DNA from: a bacterium
Lineage (GTDB): Bacteria; UBA8248
Direction of reading: 5' to 3'
Length of the DNA: 64,000 bases
Assembly: GCA_965219955.1 (NCBI GenBank)
Contig: OZ244799.1
Span: forward strand, 2,784,001-2,848,000
A program made the translations under genes and the position numbers. This document shows, in pieces, positions 38,716 to 49,008 of the stretch. The stretch's first letter is position 1; each line of letters begins with the position of its first letter. The notes under the pieces were generated by a model. It did not search any database. It had not been told where the DNA came from and worked only from the letters and a program-made list of their open reading frames with translations.

Positions 38716-39070
38716 CGGTCACGACACGGTAACGATTCGGTGGCAGTGTGATGGCCACGCTGAAACCGGCGGCTGCATGAAGTATGGTCCGAAAGGAGTC
38801 AGACCAGCGCCCTCACCACTTCGGCAGTGGCAGGAGATTCAGGCGTCCCGGTGAATCAGCAGCATTCTCGCTGACCGTGGGGGACATCGGCCCGCGCCGT
38901 TGGCACTCACTCAGGAGAGTCCGTGATTCGCTCTATCACCCCAGTGGCGAACACATATATGAACGGAGTTACCGTTCAGTCGCGGGGTGATGAGCATCAA
39001 GAATTCGCCGGCCCAAACCGGATACACCATGCTATACCAATAACTGCTTCCGGGTTTTGCGCCATTATCA

Positions 39071-39264
39071 CCCCTCCTACCCGGCCTCCGACTGAGACGC
39101 TTCCCCATACGCAGGAGTTATAATTCGCCTTCTTGCGTTTTGATTACTTGTTGCGGGAATCGAATCTCCGAACCAAATTCGAAAAAAACAAATACCTGCA
39201 ACAGTTTCAACAAACTACAAGGATTCCACGGCCGTTGAAAATACCCCACTGTCTGAAAACACGC
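39071..39264. repeat. Dispersed element, copy 3
   Basis: CCCCTCCTACCCGGCC (right hairpin arm only), ATACGCAGGAGTTATAATTC, TTTGATTAC 39139, GTCTGAAAACAC 39251. Confidence 0.8.
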
Positions 39265-39295
39265 GAAAGAGGGCGAAGAACCACGCGCCAGCTTT

Positions 39296-40659
39296 TCATG
39301 TGGAACGGGTCGCCAGCAACTCCGCAACTTCTTCGGCTGCGTCGACGCCGCTGGCCAGGGCGCCGTTCACAATGGGCGACCGCATGTAGTCGCCCGCCAG
39401 AAAGAGATTCTTCACGTCCTGGTTGAGTCGAGCGCGCATATCCACTATCGCCTTGAACATGCCGGGCAGCCCCATGCACACGGCCTCTCGCCAGCGGTAC
39501 ACGCGGGTAAACAGCACCTCGTCGTCGCCGGGAAGGTTGGAGCCGGGAGGAGGGTTCCGGCGCACGTCGGCGAGCATCCGGCGCCTGATCTCCGCATCGT
39601 CGAGCGGAAGCAGTTCCTCAGCGCGGTTCTCGCCCACCCAAAGGTCCAATGTGCTCTTACCGGGCGGTGCGCAGGCGGGCAGGTTGATGGTCCGGTCCAA
39701 GAGCGCCGGGGTGTCGTCTTCGGGGTACAATGCGACAGACCAGCCGGGGGGGAGCGGCCGGTGGTCGAGGCCGACTACTACTCGAATCCCGCGCGAGTAA
39801 GTTACCTTGCCGAGCGCGTGGCGAATCCCGGGCGGCAGGTCGGGGATAAGTTCCAGCGCCTTCGTGGCTTGCACGGCGCAGATGACGGCGTCCGCCTCGA
39901 TGAGGCCGGCGTCGGTGATCACGCCCGTCACGATCCCGTCCCGGATGACCACCTGCCTGACGGGCGTCGAGAGGCGAATATCGGCTTCCGAGGCGTCGGC
40001 CAGGGCGTAGGACAGGGAACTGCAGCCCTCCTCCGGCACGTAGAGCTGCTCGGGTTTCAGCAGAACTTCTCCCAGAAATGCCCGAATCCACGTCGCGCCG
40101 AAGTCTTCGGGGTTGCCCATCGTCAATTCCAGGAACCCCTCCAACGTCACCCTCAGAGACTCGGGAATACCAAGTCTGTCGAGGTAGTCGCCGTAGGTCT
40201 CTTCCCCGTCGAGCTCGGCGATTTTGTGGTCGCTGGAGTAATTCAGGTACTCCGAATCGTCCTTGATGCTCTTGACCAGCTTCAGGGTCGGCCACAACCC
40301 CCGAGGCGACAGGAACTCTAACGTCCAGAACGGCGCCAGGTTGCTGATGAAGTCGCCGAGGGATTCAATCGGCCTCGTCACAACCCATCGACCCTTTCTG
40401 CGCCAGTCGATGTTCATCTTCGTGCGAATCAAGGGTAACCCCAACTCCTCGCACAAGCGAAATGCGACGTCGTAACAGGCCGGGAAGAAGTCCGCGCCCG
40501 CATCCACCGAAAAGCCATCCACCCTGTCGCCGCCCATGCGTCCGCCTATCTGGTCGTTGGCCTCGAGCAAGATGGATTCGATGCCGCGTTTCTTGAGCGT
40601 GTACGCCGCGCTAAGTCCGGCCGCCCCCCCCCTATAATTACAACGGTATTCTTTCTCAT
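39296..40659 (-). CDS. FAD-dependent oxidoreductase (amine oxidase / protoporphyrinogen oxidase family), frameshifted in a G9 tract
   Basis: ATG 40659 MRKNTVVIIGGG/AAGLSAAYTL...LEANDQIGGR, DAGADFF, C-terminal FLAGDY..NGALASG; start is 89 nt from the long ORF, one base short. Confidence 0.85.
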
Positions 40660-40710
40660 GTAGCTTTCCTCATGGATGTAAAGTTATCGCAACATTCTTA
40701 TGGGTAGGCA

Positions 40711-40944
40711 TCATGAATGATTCCTGTCGATGGCGATCAGCGCGTTGTCGGATGAGGAGAAGGTGTGTTCCAGCGCATCGAAAGCAAGGAGGTAAGGGTT
40801 GTCCTTTTGGAACAAAATGCGGTAATCGCTCGCAACGGTGATGAATCGCCCGCCCGCTCCCGCGATGATCATCAGCAAAACGGCCAGCGTTATGATCAGC
40901 CACCAGTGGCGCAAAACGGCGTCGATGTATCGGTCCAGTTGCAC
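40711..40944 (-). pseudogene. MMPL/RND-family transporter relic (N-terminus only)
   Basis: LDRYIDAVLRHWWLII..TM..DYRILFQKDNPYLLAFDALEHTFSSSDNALIAI then stop after DRNHS. Confidence 0.7.
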
Positions 40945-41230
40945 GAGTATTATCGCATCCTCATCACGGGTAGCCCGTGAATCATGACGGACGGCATGAT
41001 TCGCTCCGGTTTGTCGCCTTTGTCGCCGCCCCCGCCGCAAGAGGTTGTATTGTTCTCCATTCAAAGGAGTCGCGGCGGGGACGACTCGCCGTCCGGATGT
41101 GGTCACCGGAATCAGCTTTCATTTTACAAAAACTTTATATCTGTTTCATATCTGAATTATTTATTTTCATATTATTATCGTGTACATTTGCGTTTTTTGC
41201 CGTATTTCCCGCTCACGGGAGGCGCTGACG

Positions 41231-41580
41231 ATGAACGGATGCGACGAGGCTTCGGAAGATCGCATACCGCGGCCGTGCGCGGTCCTTGCGCGGACCACCG
41301 CGAGCCTGGACCCCGGGACCGTGCTGCGCGAGATCGTGGAGGGCGCGGCCGACTACATCGTCAAGCCGTTTTCCACAGTGGAACTCACCACGCGGGTCGG
41401 GGCCGAGCCCTTCGTGCTCGGTGAGCTCGCCATCGACTGCGAGCGGCGGCTCGTGAGCATCGGCGGCCGCCCCGTGGAGATGACCGCCACCGGGTACGAA
41501 TTGCTGCGCCGGGTCTGGACCCGGCGCTATGACGCAAGCGCGGCGTCGGCTACAGGATGCCGAAGCTAAGCGAGGCGTAG
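41231..41580 (+). pseudogene. Internally deleted hybrid GAF sensor / OmpR-type response regulator
   Basis: ASLDPGTVLREIVEG (GAF entry helix) fused to AADYIVKPFS..EL..RV (receiver end), LGELAID..RRLV..GRPVEMTATGYELL and RGVGYRMP (winged helix). Confidence 0.75.
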
Positions 41581-41586
41581 CGGTTA

Positions 41587-41793
41587 GGCCGGGTAGGCGG
41601 GGGCATTGCTGCGCCCCGCCTACCCGGCCAAAGGTTACCCCGACAGGCACCCGCCGGGATGCGCAGGGGTTTTAATGAACCCGCTTTCATTTTGATTACC
41701 GGCCTGGCAGGAAGGATTTTCAAAAACCTCTTAACTGATATTATTACAGCATCTTACAGGAAAATCGGAACTGCTCGTGTTTCTAAGACGAAC
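41587..41793. repeat. Dispersed element, copy 4, with preceding 16-bp perfect hairpin
   Basis: GGCCGGGTAGGCGGGG-N11-CCCCGCCTACCCGGCC (41587-41629); GGATGCGCAGGGGTTTTAAT; TTTGATTAC 41691; distal part shorter and more diverged. Confidence 0.7.
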
Positions 41794-41811
41794 AAAAGCG
41801 CACTGCCTCTT

Positions 41812-41839
41812 GTAGGGACAGGTCGCGACCTGTCCCTAC
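41812..41839. repeat. GTAG-type REP palindrome
   Basis: Perfect 28-bp palindrome GTAGGGACAGGTCGCGACCTGTCCCTAC; near copy at 43867-43894. Confidence 0.85.
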
Positions 41840-41928
41840 GGACCCTCCCTCCCCGGCCAGCAACATACGCCGAATGACAAAATCAGGACTTCTTCAACAA
41901 CCCCGATTCGGTATGAAGTAGGGTAACC

Positions 41929-43782
41929 CTACGCTTTCGACTGCGCGGCGGCCTCCCTGATCCGCCCGAAATACGCCTTGGCGTCGTCGGGCAGGGAGGT
42001 GAAGCGAAGCATCAGCCGCCTCCCCTCCGCCTCCACGACCTTCGCGTAGATTTCGGACACGTCCGCCTCTTCCGCCACCCGCAGCATGAGGTTCGCGTTT
42101 CTCTCGAAGGGGGTTTCCGCCTCCACTTCTATGCAGTTCTCGGAAACCCGCCCGATGGCGGCGGCCACCACCTCATCGGACACCGTCTTGCCCTCTACAG
42201 CGAAAATCCGCGCGTCTATGGGCGAAGCGAGGTCGACGAACGCCTCGGGCGCGGTTTCCGGCATCTCGCACGCATAAGGCCCCGACATGCCCCGCACCTC
42301 GTAGACGCGAACCGGCTCCTCCAGCCCCTTGAAGCGCAGATCCTGGGTCTCACCCACCTGAACGAATTCCGCCATCTTCTGGTAAGTATCCATGCTGATG
42401 AGCACCTGCCCGCTCACGGTGTAGGACTCGATGCGGTAGGCCGTGTTGATGGCCGTGCCCATCGCGCCGTACTTGGTGCGTTTTTCCGAACCGATGTTGC
42501 CGACGATCACCTCGCCCGTGTTGATGGCGATTCCCATGTGAAGATCGGGCATGCCGCGCGCGCGCTGCTCCTCGTTGATCTCGACGAGGGCGCGCTGCAT
42601 CTCCACGGCGCAGGCCACCGCCCGGGCCGAGTCGTCGGGGGCGGCGAGCGGCGCCCCGAAGAACGCGAGAATCCCGTCTCCCTGGAACTCGTCCACCGTG
42701 CCCCTGTGTTTGGTGATGATCTCCACCATCGGCTCGAGGAAACGGTTCACGACATCGATGACTTCGCCCGGCTCAAGGCGCGAGGAGAGGGCGGTGAACC
42801 CCCTGAGATCCGATACCAGGAAGGTCACCTCGCGCACCTCGCCGCCGAGCTTGAGGCCGTCGGGCGAGTTCAGGAGCTCATCCACGATCTCCTTGCTGAT
42901 GTAGCGCCCGAAGGTGTCGCGGATGAAATCGCGCTGCTTCAATCCCTCGATCATGCCCTCGAACGAAGTGGCCAGACGGCCCACCTCGTCGTGGCTTCTC
43001 TTCTCGGGAACGGTGACGTCGAGGTTGCCCCGGCTCACCTCTTCCGCCGCGCTCGTCAGGTTCCTGATCAGGCGCAGCATCCGTGAGGAGATGAGCCAGA
43101 AGAGGATGAGGCCCAGGGCGACCAGGATGATTGTGAAGCGGAGCAGCTTGAAGGTGTTCGTCGCCACCTGCTCGGCCACGGGGTTCGCGAGCTTGTTGAG
43201 CACGAGGATGGCCACGACCTTGCCGCCCAGCTTGAGCGGCGTGTTGAGCTGCAGGAACTGGTCGAACTCGCGGTCCCCCACCTTTCCGCCGAAGAGCCGG
43301 GAGCGCATCATCTCGCCTTTGTTCCAGGTCTCGTTCGTGGCTTTGAAAGTGGCGGGAAATAACTGGTGCAAGTGGACGTCCTGACCAATCTGAAAGCTGT
43401 CGTGTCCGGCGGCGACGTATTCGTAGCTGCCGTTCGGCCGCCTGCGCATGATGATGGCGTTGTCCACGCCCGAGTTCCGCTTGATGCGCCGGAGCACGGC
43501 GAGCACTTCCCTGTACTCGGCAGTATTCTTGTCGGCGGGGATCCTCAGGCTGTGGACGGCTTCCGCGTCGATGAACGAGGTGGCGCGCTCGGCGATGAAC
43601 TCGAGTTTGGCCGAGAGCACGTTGAGCTCGTAGTTGTAGCTCGATTGATAGTAGCGATAGGACATCGGGACGATGGCGACGATGAGAATGATCAGGACGA
43701 GGATGAGGCTCTTGAAGACGATGGAACAGTAAAACCCCTGCTTGGCTGGAACTTCAGGCTCGACACTGCTGGATTGGGACAT
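41929..43782 (-). CDS. Membrane class III adenylate/guanylate cyclase (sensor-TM-HAMP-cyclase, possible PilZ-like tail)
   Basis: Two TMs, HAMP (DEVGRLATSF), FLVSDLRGFT, DEFQGDGILAFFGAP, GNIGSEKRTKY, INTAYRIE. Confidence 0.92.
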   Translation of the reverse strand: MSQSSSVEPEVPAKQGFYCSIVFKSLILVLIILIVAIVPMSYRYYQSSYNYELNVLSAKLEFIAERATSFIDAEAVHSLRIPADKNTAEYREVLAVLRRIKRNSGVDNAIIMRRRPNGSYEYVAAGHDSFQIGQDVHLHQLFPATFKATNETWNKGEMMRSRLFGGKVGDREFDQFLQLNTPLKLGGKVVAILVLNKLANPVAEQVATNTFKLLRFTIILVALGLILFWLISSRMLRLIRNLTSAAEEVSRGNLDVTVPEKRSHDEVGRLATSFEGMIEGLKQRDFIRDTFGRYISKEIVDELLNSPDGLKLGGEVREVTFLVSDLRGFTALSSRLEPGEVIDVVNRFLEPMVEIITKHRGTVDEFQGDGILAFFGAPLAAPDDSARAVACAVEMQRALVEINEEQRARGMPDLHMGIAINTGEVIVGNIGSEKRTKYGAMGTAINTAYRIESYTVSGQVLISMDTYQKMAEFVQVGETQDLRFKGLEEPVRVYEVRGMSGPYACEMPETAPEAFVDLASPIDARIFAVEGKTVSDEVVAAAIGRVSENCIEVEAETPFERNANLMLRVAEEADVSEIYAKVVEAEGRRLMLRFTSLPDDAKAYFGRIREAAAQSKA

Positions 43783-43859
43783 GCTCACGCCTCCGGCGGC
43801 GGCTCCAGAGGCCAGTATACACCACACGCGCGGGGGGAAAAGCCGAAAACATGGGGGAT

Positions 43860-44597
43860 ATCCACCGTAGGGACAGGTCGCGACCTGTCCCTGCACCGCC
43901 CCCTTTTGCCTGTGCTCACATTCCGGCGCATTCCGGAATAACGAACCAGAGCATGGGCATAGACGGGATTACCCCGCAGGGACAACCCTCCGTGGTTGTC
44001 CTTTGTCGGGGCGTCAGGACAGGCACGGAGGCCTGTCCCTACAAAAACCGCTCCTCCCCGGTCGCCTCCTCGCCTTGAAAACCAACCCCCCTACCCCCCT
44101 TGTCAGGGCTTGTTGAAAAAGCCAGAGGAGAGAGGAATCACTCCCCCCTTGAGGGTCTGGCTTCCCGAGGGGAAAGCCAGACGATGAAGCCGAGCGGTTT
44201 GTGCGAAGGCTGAATCGGTGGGGGGTGAATCGCGTTTTATCGCCACTCCGAATTATACCCCCCACCGAATCGCTTGCGGGCTTACGCCCTTAGCTCTTCG
44301 ACTCCCCCTCAAGGGGGGAGTGATTCCTCTCTCGTCGGTTGGCAATGACCCTCAAGGGGGGAGAGCGCTTCTTCTCTACTCGGTCGGGTTCGACCCGTTC
44401 CTCCTCACCCTGAGTAGCCGCCGAAGGCGGCGTATCGAAGGGCGAGGGGAATCGAACGCCGGGCGAGAGGGCATCCTTCGATACGGCGCTTACGCGCCTA
44501 CTCAGGATGAGGGGTGTCGGGGAACGGCGGAGCCTGTCCCGAGTCAAGTCGAGGGGCCGCTACTCAGGATGAGGCGCAAAGGCCTTTCCAACAACCC
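43860..44597. repeat. Mosaic of palindromic intergenic repeats
   Basis: GTAG REPs 43867-44042; CACTCCCCCCTTGAGGG...CCCTCAAGGGGGGAGTG unit 44138-44323; CCTCACCCTGAGTAG...CTACTCAGGATGAGG units; TGTTGAAAAA ends. Confidence 0.85.
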
Positions 44598-45614
44598 CTA
44601 CGCCGTGCGCTTTTTCCCCACGTAGTCGAGCAGGACGGCCAGGATGATGATCGCCCCCACGGCCAGCAGCTGCCAGTCGGCGGCGATGCCCAGGAGATTC
44701 AGGCCGTTTCGGATGCACGCGATGATGAGCGTGCCGATGACGGTGCCGATGACGCGCCCCTCGCCGCCGAGCAGCGAGGCGCCGCCGATGACGACCGCGG
44801 CGATGACGTCCATCAGGTCGAACATGCCCATGATGGCCTGGGCGGCCATGAGGCGCGAGGCCATCACCACGCCCGCGAGCGCGCCGCAGAAGGCGCTGAA
44901 CACGAGCACGAACAGCTTGACGGCGAAGACGTTCACGCCGGCGACGCGGGCGGCCTCCTTGTTGCCGCCGACGGCGTAGATATTCGTGCCCAGAACGGTG
45001 CGCGAGAGGATGAGGTGCGCGGCCAGGAAGACGACGCCCATGATGACGGCGGCCATGGGAAACGGGCCCAGGTAGCCCTGCCCGACGACGCTGAACGCCT
45101 CGGGCAGGCCGAAGATGGACTGTTCTCCCGTCAGGATGAGCGCGCCGCCGCGCGCGAGGCTGTCCATCGCCAGGGTGAGGATGAAGGCGGGAATCGCGAA
45201 CCAGCCCACGAAGACTCCGCTCACGGCGCCCAGAACCACTCCCAGGAGCAGCGTGGCGAGCACGGCAGGCACGATGGGCACGCCGTATTCCTTCAGCAGA
45301 AGCGCGACGACGACCGCGCCCATCGACTGGATGGAGGCCACCGAGAGGTCGATCTCCGCACAGATGATGACGAGCGTGAGGCCCGCCGCCATGATGCCGA
45401 TGTTCGATGACTGGAGCAGGATGTTCATCATGTTCGAGACGGTGAAGAAATTCTCCGCCGTGATGGAGAGAAAGACGATCAACAAGACGAGCGCGAGGTT
45501 CAAGCCGTATCTGGAAAAGCCGGACGCGACGAGGGAGGAGATGCTGTACCCCTCGCTCGCCTCGGCTTCGGCGGCCGAGCCACGCCCGGTATCCGTCTTC
45601 ACCTCATCGCTCAT
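44598..45614 (-). CDS. Sugar (ribose-type) ABC transporter permease
   Basis: EIDLSV, IPAFILTL, IYAVGGNKEAARVAGV, VIAAVVIGGASLLGGEG. Confidence 0.93.
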   Translation of the reverse strand: MSDEVKTDTGRGSAAEAEASEGYSISSLVASGFSRYGLNLALVLLIVFLSITAENFFTVSNMMNILLQSSNIGIMAAGLTLVIICAEIDLSVASIQSMGAVVVALLLKEYGVPIVPAVLATLLLGVVLGAVSGVFVGWFAIPAFILTLAMDSLARGGALILTGEQSIFGLPEAFSVVGQGYLGPFPMAAVIMGVVFLAAHLILSRTVLGTNIYAVGGNKEAARVAGVNVFAVKLFVLVFSAFCGALAGVVMASRLMAAQAIMGMFDLMDVIAAVVIGGASLLGGEGRVIGTVIGTLIIACIRNGLNLLGIAADWQLLAVGAIIILAVLLDYVGKKRTA

Positions 45615-45642
45615 CGTCTCCTCCCTTACTGCACCATCTTGC

Positions 45643-47229
45643 TTACGCCGCCGTGCCCGTCGCGTAGCGCATGATGGTTTCCGCGTCGGCGTCTTCTCTT
45701 GGAACCTCGCCGGTGATGCGGCCCTCGTTCATCACGATGATCCGGCTGCAGATCGCCGTGACCTCGGGCAGTTCCGAGGATATCACGATAATCGCCACCC
45801 CGAGTTGCGCGAGTTCCTCGAGGATGCGGTAAATCTCCACCTTGGCGCCCGCGTCGACGCCCTTGGTCGGCTCGTCGAGGATGACGATGCGCGCGCCCGT
45901 GGATATCCCCCGCGCGAGGAGCACCTTCTGCTGGTTCCCACCGCTGAGCTGGGCGATCTGATCCGTGAGGGAAGCCACCTTGATGCTCAGCCGTTCCACG
46001 TAATCGCGCGAGAGGCCATCCGCACCCGAACCGTTGACCCAGCCGAGCAGGCGCGTGAGCCTTCGGGAGCGGCTCTCCCTGCCGAAGTTGAACAGGGTGA
46101 TCAGCAGGTTCTCCAGCACCGAGAGGAGCGGGAACACGCCCTGGTTCTTGCGGTCTTCGGTCAGGAAAGACAGCCCGTGGCGTATGGCGTCGCGGGGTTT
46201 TTTGATTCTCACCTGCTCGCCGTCGATGAACACCTCGCCGCCGTCCAGCCTGTCGAGACCGAACAGCGCGCGGAACAGTTCCGTCCTTCCCGCGCCCACC
46301 AATCCCGCAAAACCGAGGATCTCGCCCCTCTTCACCTTGAAGCTCACGTCGCTGAACACGCCTTGCGTCGTAAAATTCCGGACTTCCAGAACCTCCCCGC
46401 CCACCTTTCCCGAAATCCTGGGGTAGCGCTCGCTGAAGGTGCGCCCCGTCATCATGCGGATCAGGGTGTCGACCTCGGTGTTCTCGGCGCCGATGGTCCC
46501 GACGTGGCGCCCGTCGCGCAGGACGGAAATGCGATCGCCGATCGCGAGGCAGTCCTCCAGCGTATGGGAGACGTAGACGACCCCGATGCCGCGCGCCGTC
46601 AGGCGCTCGATGACCTCGAAGAGCGCTTCCTTCTCCCCGGGACCCAGGGACGAGGTGGGCTCGTCCATCAGGATGACCTTGGCGTCGAAGGCCACCGCCT
46701 TGGCGATCTCGAGAAACTGCATGTCCGAGAGACTCAAACCCAAGACTTGGGCGTTGGGGTCGATATCCAGCTTAAGTTCGGTGAAAATCTCGCGGCAGCG
46801 CCGCTCCATCGCCGCCTCGTCGCGCACGCCCAGCCGCCCGAGCCATCTGTTCCTGCTCCTCATATCGCGGCCCAGGAAGAGGTTGCTCTTGACGTCCATC
46901 AGCCGCACGAGGCTCAACTCCTGATGGATCACGCTGATGCCGAGTTCGCGCGTGAGCGCGGGGGAGCACCTCTCGATCACCTCTCCCTCGAACTCCATGC
47001 GCCCCGAGTCTTTTTCGACGACGCCCGAGATGATCTTGATCATCGTCGACTTGCCGGCTCCGTTCTCGCCCAGCAGCACGTGGACCTCTCCGGGCCGCAC
47101 GCTGAAGTCCACCTCGTCGAGCGCCACGACGCCCGGAAACCGCTTGCCGATGCCGCGCATGTCGAGGATGAGGCGCTCACCCGCGCCGTCTGTGCGGGAT
47201 TCGGCTGGATGGGAGGGGGATGACGTCAT
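45643..47229 (-). CDS. Sugar ABC transporter ATP-binding protein (RbsA type)
   Basis: GENGAGKST, MDEPT, LSGGNQQKV, DEPTKGVD, ISSELPE. Confidence 0.95.
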   Translation of the reverse strand: MTSSPSHPAESRTDGAGERLILDMRGIGKRFPGVVALDEVDFSVRPGEVHVLLGENGAGKSTMIKIISGVVEKDSGRMEFEGEVIERCSPALTRELGISVIHQELSLVRLMDVKSNLFLGRDMRSRNRWLGRLGVRDEAAMERRCREIFTELKLDIDPNAQVLGLSLSDMQFLEIAKAVAFDAKVILMDEPTSSLGPGEKEALFEVIERLTARGIGVVYVSHTLEDCLAIGDRISVLRDGRHVGTIGAENTEVDTLIRMMTGRTFSERYPRISGKVGGEVLEVRNFTTQGVFSDVSFKVKRGEILGFAGLVGAGRTELFRALFGLDRLDGGEVFIDGEQVRIKKPRDAIRHGLSFLTEDRKNQGVFPLLSVLENLLITLFNFGRESRSRRLTRLLGWVNGSGADGLSRDYVERLSIKVASLTDQIAQLSGGNQQKVLLARGISTGARIVILDEPTKGVDAGAKVEIYRILEELAQLGVAIIVISSELPEVTAICSRIIVMNEGRITGEVPREDADAETIMRYATGTAA

Positions 47230-47329
47230 GGGCGAGTCTTCCAGTTGGAGCAGTCGGAGGATCGGGGGTCTGTGGAAAAACCCGGCACACGACCCCTACG
47301 AAGTCGCTTTACACAAATGAGAACACCAA

Positions 47330-47656
47330 AATCACTCCCCCCTTGAGGGTCTGTTGAAAAAGTCCCGTGGAGCGATTTTGGTTGAGCGCACGCTTTTGAA
47401 GTTCACTCCCCCCTTGAGGGTCTGGCTTCCCGAGGGGAAAGCCAGACGAAGAGCTGAGGGCGTAAGCCCGAAAGCGATTCGGTGGGGGGTATAATCCGGA
47501 ATGGCAATAAAACGCATTTTACCCCCCACCGATTCAGCCTTCGCACAAACCGCTCGGCTTCATCGACTCCCCCTCAAGGGGGGAGTGATTTTTCTCTCTC
47601 GTCGGTCGGTTACATACGAAAAATCCAGAGTTCCGGGCTTTTTCAACAACCCCCTC
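47330..47656. repeat. Palindromic repeat cluster (second copy of the 44138-44323 unit)
   Basis: 47403-47588 has the same flanks as 44138-44323 with the 113-bp core reversed. Confidence 0.85.
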
Positions 47657-47721
47657 AAGCGGTGCTGCGCTCGCCGGGTTCGCCGCGGCCTTGAGCGCGA
47701 GAACATCCTCCCCGCTCGCCG

Positions 47722-48927
47722 CTATATCTCCAGCGGCTCTTTGGGAAAGGACGTAAAGGAGACGCCGCCGTCTTTCGTGACGTGCACCATGTCCTCGTTG
47801 CCGAACAGGTAGGTGTTGTCGACGGCGATGCGCGGCTCGACGGCGAGCACCATATGTTCCTCAAGGGGGATCTTCTCGATGCCCATGTCGGGGCGCTCGT
47901 GGATGTCCCACCCCAGGCCGTGGCCCAGGAACCTGTCCCACAAATCGAACCCGGCGTCGCGGGCCATCGCCTCGGCCGTGTCGACGAGCCTGCTCGCGAT
48001 AACGCCCGGCTTCGCCTCCTCAATGACCGTCCGCTGAATCTCGAGAATCGTCTCGTAGGCGCGCCGGTGGGTATCCGTCACCGGCCCCATGGCGCGCGTG
48101 CGCGAGGAGTCGACCGGATAGCCCTCGAACCTCATGCAGATGTCCCAGTGCACGACGTTGCCGCGCTCGATGGCCTTGCCCGGGCTGGGCATGTGCAAGA
48201 GCGCGCCCGCCACCGGATAGCCGCTGCAGATCAGGCTGGGCGAACTGCTGCACGAATCCTCGTAAATCGGGTCCGCCGAGCGCATCGCGTGCTCGGCGGC
48301 GCGGATGAGTTCGAGTTCGGTCGTGCCGACGCCCTCCTCACCCAGGATGGCGGCGACGGTCTCATGTCCCAGATCCGCCACGCGGCCCGCCTTGCGCATC
48401 ATCTCCAGGTCGAAATCGCTCTTCACCATCCGGAGTTCCTCCACGATGGTCGAGCGCACGATTTCGAGATCGGGGAACGTCTCCCTCATTCCGGCGTAGA
48501 GCGGGGCCGGGAACTTGTCGAACGTCTCGACGCCGACGCGCTTCACGTCGCCCGCCTCGCGGATGAGTTTTTCGAGATTCTCGACGGAGAGGCCGTCGCC
48601 CTTTTTCGCCGAAAACCCCTCCCCCGCCACGATGCGCGGGACGCACACCTCGCGCGTCGGCATGAGGCCCGGATCGACCATGAGCGCGGGATCGTCGGTT
48701 TGCGTGATGAAGGCCGCGCCCCCGTCGACGATGGAGGTCTCCGTGGACGTCAAGCTGATCCAGCCCGCCCGGTCGGGAAAGTAGTCGGTGAGATAGCGCA
48801 GGCTGCCGGAGAGCTTGTTGTTGCCGTAGACGATCAGGGCGTCGTATTCGCGCTCCGCCATCAGCCGCCGGGTGTTCGCCAGCCGCCGGTCGATTTCGGC
48901 CTGGAGCACGTCGCGTGGAATGGGCAT
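47722..48927 (-). CDS. M24-family (Xaa-Pro peptidase/creatinase-like) metallohydrolase
   Basis: LRMVKS, DICMRFEGYPVDSSRT, GHGLGWDIHE, AVEP, EDMV. Confidence 0.9.
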   Translation of the reverse strand: MPIPRDVLQAEIDRRLANTRRLMAEREYDALIVYGNNKLSGSLRYLTDYFPDRAGWISLTSTETSIVDGGAAFITQTDDPALMVDPGLMPTREVCVPRIVAGEGFSAKKGDGLSVENLEKLIREAGDVKRVGVETFDKFPAPLYAGMRETFPDLEIVRSTIVEELRMVKSDFDLEMMRKAGRVADLGHETVAAILGEEGVGTTELELIRAAEHAMRSADPIYEDSCSSSPSLICSGYPVAGALLHMPSPGKAIERGNVVHWDICMRFEGYPVDSSRTRAMGPVTDTHRRAYETILEIQRTVIEEAKPGVIASRLVDTAEAMARDAGFDLWDRFLGHGLGWDIHERPDMGIEKIPLEEHMVLAVEPRIAVDNTYLFGNEDMVHVTKDGGVSFTSFPKEPLEI

Positions 48928-49008
48928 GTCCGTCCCCTCGGGCGAGGACGCGCGGGGAGACGGGAGGTCGATACCCCCGCCTCCCCGCGCGGCGCCGCGT
49001 TTGAACTC

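Noticed and set aside
41587-41629. Hairpin as group II intron domain VI or IS91-like end
   Set aside because: No domain V, reverse transcriptase or transposase nearby; better explained as part of the repeated unit
32055-41793. Dispersed elements as CRISPR leaders or integron attC sites
   Set aside because: No repeat-spacer arrays or cas genes adjoin them, and they lack the RYYYAAC...GTTRRRY full-length palindrome of attC
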